Origin: an uncultured Treponemataceae bacterium
GTDB lineage: Bacteria > Spirochaetota > Spirochaetia > Treponematales > Rectinemataceae
Length of the DNA: 64,000 nucleotides
Reading direction: 5' to 3'
Assembly (NCBI GenBank): GCA_964396415.1
Contig: CAYNFM010000002.1
Coordinates: forward strand, 25,866-89,865
The stretch's first letter is position 1; the number at the start of each line of letters is the position of its first letter. Positions 63,572 to 64,000 of the stretch are shown piece by piece. Made by a program: the position numbers and the translations under genes. A model generated the notes under the pieces. That model did no database searches, was not told the DNA's origin, and saw only the letters and a program-made list of their open reading frames with translations.

Positions 63572-64000
63572 TTACCCGACTGCCTTCTCGACGATCTCGA
63601 AGATGGCCGGCATCAGCTGCTTCTTTCGAGACAGCATATCCTTGAGGACGTAAACGCCCTCGACCGTCATGGGATAGCCCACGAGGGCCAGGAAATCCTT
63701 GTTCGCGACCACGAAGAGGAGGCTAACAAGCTCGGTCACGTCGGTCACCATTAAGGCGGATAGATAATAGCCCTTCTCGGCACGGATGCCATTCAACGCC
63801 GTCAGGATTTCATTGCGCTTCTCCATCACCAGGGCCGTATCGGATACTTCGATCTGACTCACGCTCAGCTTCATCCCCAACGTCTCGTACTCCTTGAGGT
63901 CAAGACGAACGATCTCGGCTGCCGGACGACTCGCCGCCCTGGAGGCGGACTGCATGATAGCGTCGCCGAGCTCGGCTATCTCGAGGTCGGCAATGTTGGC
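63572..64000 (-). CDS. hypothetical protein; the reading frame stays open to the window edge
   Basis: ORF 63572..63955, but the frame continues without a stop to 64000 (ANIADLEIAELGDAIMQSAS...). No motif recognised. Confidence 0.4.
   Translation of the reverse strand, partial: ANIADLEIAELGDAIMQSASRAASRPAAEIVRLDLKEYETLGMKLSVSQIEVSDTALVMEKRNEILTALNGIRAEKGYYLSALMVTDVTELVSLLFVVANKDFLALVGYPMTVEGVYVLKDMLSRKKQLMPAIFEIVEKAVG

Noticed and set aside
1-64000. Search for CRISPR arrays, IS elements, integrases, phage genes, toxin-antitoxin pairs, restriction-modification or other known defence genes, rRNA/tRNA
   Set aside because: None recognised on either strand. No regularly spaced direct repeats, no transposase, recombinase or nuclease signatures, and base composition looks uniform by eye with no island-like shift.

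Overview
GC-rich, densely coded bacterial chromosomal segment. I call about 58 protein genes. I saw no rRNA, tRNA, CRISPR array, transposase, integrase or prophage. Most long ORFs in the six-frame track that lie antisense or off-frame to these genes are Arg/Gly/Pro-rich artefacts of the GC content.

Gene content, in order:
- Housekeeping: slyD; ftsK; purK and purE (split by three unrelated genes); tsaC/sua5; a large Slt lytic transglycosylase; comEC; rsmA.
- Stress and regulation: two tandem ibpA-like hsp20 genes; an ECF sigma/anti-sigma module.
- One tightly packed operon: 7TMR-DISM histidine kinase, receiver-PP2C phosphatase, GlpA-like dehydrogenase, FAD oxidoreductase, DUF1667.
- Carbohydrate and respiration: glgP; an MFS transporter; a DEAD-box-like protein; an NDH-2::DoxX fusion with a polyprenyl synthase and mntP.
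- Chaperones and sigma-54: grpE-dnaK-dnaJ; rpoN-hpf-hprK-ptsH; an NtrY/NtrX-like two-component pair running directly into lexA and holA.
- Remainder: a GH13 alpha-glucosidase; a 2Fe-2S ferredoxin; a GAF-GGDEF cyclase; purQ plus a long purL; TPR, DHH and YchJ proteins.

The rpoN-hpf-hprK-ptsH cluster without PTS permeases, the YcgR-like PilZ protein, the LysM/TPR lipoproteins and the DnaK sequence style suggest a Spirochaetota-like genome. This is inference only.

I found no recognisable defence or mobile system, and no single convincing novel system. The best candidates for undescribed biology are:
1. A membrane protein joining an isolated Hsp70 substrate-binding-domain-like module to a periplasmic LysM, next to slt.
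2. A DEAD-box-fold protein with every catalytic motif degenerated and an R/G/P-rich tail.
3. The sensor-kinase/PP2C/GlpA-like five-gene operon.
4. A good sigma-54 -24/-12 match plus a 15-codon uORF upstream of rpoN itself.
5. lexA translationally coupled to a sigma-54-type activator that carries a GAFTDA loop variant.

All functional calls rest on motif recognition by eye. No database search was run.
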